Shown here piece after piece: positions 60,553 through 64,000 of a stretch of DNA of 64,000 bases. The notes beneath the pieces were generated by a model, which ran no database searches, was not told where the DNA came from, and saw nothing but the letters and a program-made list of their open reading frames with translations. The first letter of the stretch is position 1. Every line of letters starts with the position of its first letter. The stretch spans positions 13,896 to 77,895 of the forward strand of contig JAGKWZ010000002.1 of NCBI GenBank assembly GCA_021151605.1. The letters run 5' to 3'. Made by a program: the position numbers and the translations under genes. This stretch comes from Verrucomicrobiaceae bacterium. GTDB taxonomy: Bacteria; Verrucomicrobiota; Verrucomicrobiia; Verrucomicrobiales; Verrucomicrobiaceae.

Positions 60553-62112
60553 CTAGGGCAAGGGCTGCACAGCGAGACGAATGAAGCGCTGCTGATCTCC
60601 AGTGATGGGCTGCGCATCACGCACGACGAGCTGGGTTTCATCATCCTGAAGGGTCACGGTGTGTCCGGCACCGGAGTGCCAGAGACTCAGATTGCTGGAG
60701 ACTTCGACCGTGTAGGTGACATCGCTGCGTCTCATACGACGCGGCACGGTGAGGGTGAGATAGCGCTGGCTGCTTTCTGTAGTCGTGCTGCCTGCGGGTG
60801 TCTGTGACGCCACGGCGGGAGCGTTGGCAGCGAGCCCGAGAGCGTATTTGACGAGATTTGGCAAACGGTCTGGACTGCTCACGTCCGCATCATTGCCATA
60901 AGCCGTGCGCCAGGAGGCCAGCGTGGCGGGGATCTGGCCGCTGAGGGTCAGATTCCAAGTCACGGATTCATTCAACAGCCCAGTGGTGTCGAGCCTGACA
61001 AAGGGTGTCGGGTCCTGAACCGTGGCTGTGATGGTGTGTGTGCCGTTGCCGAGGTAGTCAGAGAGCGTGCCGAACTGGCTGGCGGTCTGGCCGACACGCA
61101 AAACACCATCGACATACCAGCTCACCTGCAGAGCAAGGCCGCTACTTGGCAGCTTCGGCGTCACTTGAAATGACAAGGCTGTGGGCACAGTGACTGTGGC
61201 ACTCGTACTGGAAGGTGTGAAGCCATCCAATGGGCTGACGCGGGTGTAAAATTGCTTCACGAACTGCTCGCGGTTCACCTGGCCGCAGGGCCGGTTCAGA
61301 TTGCGCATGAGAGAGTTATTATGCGGGCGATACTGCCCTGCGATGCGATACATGGAACCCTCGAACAATCCGACGAGACTGTCATAGGGAGCCGTCTCCG
61401 GTGTCGGAATCGGTGTCGTGGCATCGATCCAATGATTCCAGCGAATGAGAGCACGCGTGGTCTGCGCAGTGTTGTTCGGCTTCTCCGAAGGCGTGTAAAT
61501 CGAGTACTCGACATCGTATTCATCTGCCAGCAGCGCAAAGGAGTGACCAATCTCATGCTCAACAACCGCAGCGCTCGATGCATTGACCGAAGCGACGGAG
61601 ATGCTGCCACCAGCCCCGCCATACTTTGTGTCATTCACCAGCACTACTGGTACATCGTACTCGGGAACATGGGTGTTTAGCAGGCTAAAGGCACGGCTGG
61701 TGCCTGTGCCCGCTAGGGTGAGCAGTTGGGTCACGGTCGGCGTGTTGAAGCCCGTGCTAAAATAGGTGTCCCGCGTGCCACCTGGGCCGCTGGTATTGCC
61801 ATTGTCGCAGCCGCTCTGGTTGGAGGCGATCTCGATCCTATACACATTGCAGTAGCTGCGATACTGCTGCCAGGGCTCCCTAGTGAAAAGGAAGTTCACT
61901 GCCGTGTTCACATGCGTGGCGAAGTTTGGCAGATCAGCCGTCGTATAGCCCTCGGAGAGGAAGACGAGATTGATCCGCTGGGAACGAGGGCCATTTTCCT
62001 CCACGGCATGAAGCGTCGCCGTCTGTGCCCACGATGGAGTCGTCATGTTCATCATGACGACGACGCCGAGGAGCTGGAGCCGAGTTCTCATTGGTAGGGA
62101 TGAGATTTTCAT
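60553..62112 (-). CDS. Secreted M64 (IgA-peptidase-like) metallopeptidase with sorting tail
   Basis: SEGYT, YGGAG, HEIGHSFALLADEY, GLFEG, SLMR; tail ...FIRL. Confidence 0.88.
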   Translation of the reverse strand: MKISSLPMRTRLQLLGVVVMMNMTTPSWAQTATLHAVEENGPRSQRINLVFLSEGYTTADLPNFATHVNTAVNFLFTREPWQQYRSYCNVYRIEIASNQSGCDNGNTSGPGGTRDTYFSTGFNTPTVTQLLTLAGTGTSRAFSLLNTHVPEYDVPVVLVNDTKYGGAGGSISVASVNASSAAVVEHEIGHSFALLADEYDVEYSIYTPSEKPNNTAQTTRALIRWNHWIDATTPIPTPETAPYDSLVGLFEGSMYRIAGQYRPHNNSLMRNLNRPCGQVNREQFVKQFYTRVSPLDGFTPSSTSATVTVPTALSFQVTPKLPSSGLALQVSWYVDGVLRVGQTASQFGTLSDYLGNGTHTITATVQDPTPFVRLDTTGLLNESVTWNLTLSGQIPATLASWRTAYGNDADVSSPDRLPNLVKYALGLAANAPAVASQTPAGSTTTESSQRYLTLTVPRRMRRSDVTYTVEVSSNLSLWHSGAGHTVTLQDDETQLVVRDAQPITGDQQRFIRLAVQPLP

Positions 62113-62169
62113 CTGACGGAGGATGATGAGCAATCTTGAAGACGGGGTACTTTTCGGCGAGAGGCCTCC

Positions 62170-62823
62170 ATGCCCTCCCCCCAAGCCTACATTTTCGACC
62201 TCGACGGAACCCTCATCGACTCGCTCGCGGACATCGCGGAATCGATCAACCGGATGCTTGATGACCGTGGTTATCCGCGCTGCAAGCCTGAGGACTTCAA
62301 GCAAATGGTCGGCGATGGCATGGAGAAGCTCGTCGAGCGCGCCCTGCCGGAGTCTGTGCGGGAGGAGAAGCTCATCCTCACCTGCGTGGAGGAGTACCGC
62401 GCCCACTACGACATCCTCTGGAATGCGCAGACGCGGCCCTATGAAGGCATCCACGAGATGCTCGCAGAGCTGAAAGCACGCGGCGTAAAGCTCGGCGTGA
62501 TCTCAAACAAGGCGCACCGCTTCACCGTGCCGATGACGGAGCATTTCTTCGGCACAGAGATCTTTGATCACATCCTAGGCCAGCGCCCCGAAGTGCCGCG
62601 CAAGCCTGATGCCGCCGGGGCACACGAAATGGCCGCCGTGCTCGGCGTGGATGTCACGGCTTGTGCCTATGTCGGCGACTCCGGCATCGACATGGCCTTT
62701 GCCAAAAATGCCGGGATGCTCGGCATCGGCGTGAGCTGGGGTTTCCGTTCGGTCGAAGAGCTGCGTGAACACGGCGCGCAGGTGATCGTGGATCATCCAC
62801 GCGAGCTGCTCACGCTGGAGTGA
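62170..62823 (+). CDS. HAD hydrolase (phosphoglycolate phosphatase-like)
   Basis: FDLDGTL.DS, SNK, RKPD, YVGDS..D. Confidence 0.92.
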   Translation: MPSPQAYIFDLDGTLIDSLADIAESINRMLDDRGYPRCKPEDFKQMVGDGMEKLVERALPESVREEKLILTCVEEYRAHYDILWNAQTRPYEGIHEMLAELKARGVKLGVISNKAHRFTVPMTEHFFGTEIFDHILGQRPEVPRKPDAAGAHEMAAVLGVDVTACAYVGDSGIDMAFAKNAGMLGIGVSWGFRSVEELREHGAQVIVDHPRELLTLE

Positions 62824-62908
62824 GTGAGCGGTGAGTTGGGGAGATCGGCGAGTATTTGCGCAAGTTTTGCGGGGATCACGCATCCGTCGTGGAACCCAGC
62901 TCACTCCC

Positions 62909-63643
62909 ATGACTTTCCCAAAGACCGAATGGATCCTCCTATCCAAAGCCACACTAAATGGAGATGACGATGGCTACGAAGCTGTGGCGAAGATGTGCGA
63001 GATCTATCGCCAGCCCGTCATGACCTTCCTCACGATGCGGGGGTATCGGGAACAGGAGCGGGAGGACTTGGTGCAGGAGTTTTTTCTGAACTGGTTGCGC
63101 ACGCAGTCCTGGAAGCGGGCGCAGCAGGGTCGGGGGAGGTTTCGCAACTTCGTGCTGGGCAGTGTATGTCACATGCTGGCCCATCATCATGGGCGGCAAA
63201 ACACCCTCAAGCGTGGCAGCGGTGATGAGACAGAAAGTCTGGAAGTGGCGCTGGAGCATGGCTTTGAGCCTACAGATGAGACTCCGCTGGACTGCCCGGA
63301 GTTTGACCGCGTCTGGGCGGTGACACTGGTAAGGAATGTCCTCCAAACACTGTCCCGGGAGTATGAGGAACGCGAAGGTCCAGAGGTCTTCGATATTCTA
63401 CAGCGCTTCCTGCCATCGGGCCGGGAGGTGATCACGATAGAGGAGGCTGCCAAACAATTGGGTGCGAATGTAGGCGCAGTGAAGTCAGCCGTATTTCGGT
63501 TGCGCGCAAAGTTCCGCGAGACACTGCGCTCTGCGGTGGCCTGCACGGTCTCAGCACCCCATGATGTGGATGAGGAACTCCGGTATCTGCATGCTCTCCT
63601 GCTCCGCTATCAGGTTAAAACAGCCGTTTCCTTGGAAAGTTGA
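62909..63643 (+). CDS. ECF sigma factor (PVC type)
   Basis: FP.T.W, C..Y..P, DLVQEFF, RGRFR.F, FDR.WA, VDEELRYL. Confidence 0.85.
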   Translation: MTFPKTEWILLSKATLNGDDDGYEAVAKMCEIYRQPVMTFLTMRGYREQEREDLVQEFFLNWLRTQSWKRAQQGRGRFRNFVLGSVCHMLAHHHGRQNTLKRGSGDETESLEVALEHGFEPTDETPLDCPEFDRVWAVTLVRNVLQTLSREYEEREGPEVFDILQRFLPSGREVITIEEAAKQLGANVGAVKSAVFRLRAKFRETLRSAVACTVSAPHDVDEELRYLHALLLRYQVKTAVSLES

Positions 63644-63798
63644 GACACTCACCGCAGTGCAAAGCGGGTCCCCTGATAGCCCCAAATTTAAGAAAAATTC
63701 ATTTTCCGCGAAACTATGTGGCACAAAAGTGGAATAGGACTTGTGACGAAATCTATCCCGGCGGGCAGCGTCATGCCCCGCTCATCCTTCTTCATGCC

Positions 63799-64000
63799 AT
63801 GAGATCTCTCCTCCTCTTCCTTCTGCTCAGCGCCACAGCAGGCGCGCAGACGATCAATCCCAGCGCCATCACGGTGACACCGCCCACGGGCACGCCTGCC
63901 AGCCCCGCCTTTGTCATCGACTCAGATTCTGGCACGGCCCCAGAGACGCGGAACAAGCTGCCTGTCACCGTGCGTGTCACCTTTCCCCTCGGCGCGGCGG
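63799..64000 (+). CDS. Secreted protein, N-terminus (runs off the window)
   Basis: MRSLLLFLLLSATAGAQTINP..., open to the end of the window. Confidence 0.7.
   Translation, partial: MRSLLLFLLLSATAGAQTINPSAITVTPPTGTPASPAFVIDSDSGTAPETRNKLPVTVRVTFPLGAA

Noticed and set aside
63719-63735. TGGCAC-N5-TGGA possible sigma54 promoter
   Set aside because: The -12 GC is missing.

Overview
The window looks like a Verrucomicrobia (Prosthecobacter-like) chromosome segment, judged from the DUF1501/DUF1553 genes, Tat-exported Gfo/Idh/MocA enzymes and verrucomicrobial C-terminal ...F[FI]RL sorting tails. It has three parts. (1) After the 3' end of gnd, a visibly AT-richer block (~125-7750) holds Wza/Wzc-like polysaccharide-export genes, an outer-membrane barrel, tRNA-Gly(TCC) and a decayed gene. 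(2) A ~27 kb accessory region (~7750-35090) holds a divergent two-component system, two paralogous His-rich leader-like ORFs, a 1754-aa surface protein, an ECF sigma factor, CzcC/CzcA without an adjacent CzcB, a DUF3570-ApbE-TlpA-DUF4266 flavinylation module, a 1002-aa Ig protein carrying a DSVAGAT motif, and a type III PKS cluster with a membrane methyltransferase-FAD monooxygenase fusion. (3) Mostly housekeeping or lineage-typical genes follow (gpx, moaA, two hsp20 genes with a sigma54 promoter, fdhD, holA, pyrE, def and others), including a REP-like palindrome sitting in frame inside a DUF1553 gene. The best candidate for an undescribed system is the pair of signal-peptide-bearing, His/Cys-conserved upstream ORFs ending T[IV]QLLI-stop. 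In both, the stop region is complementary to the sequence at the next gene's start, suggesting metal-responsive translational control of efflux, surface and flavinylation genes. All family assignments come from motif recognition by eye; no searches or computations were run.
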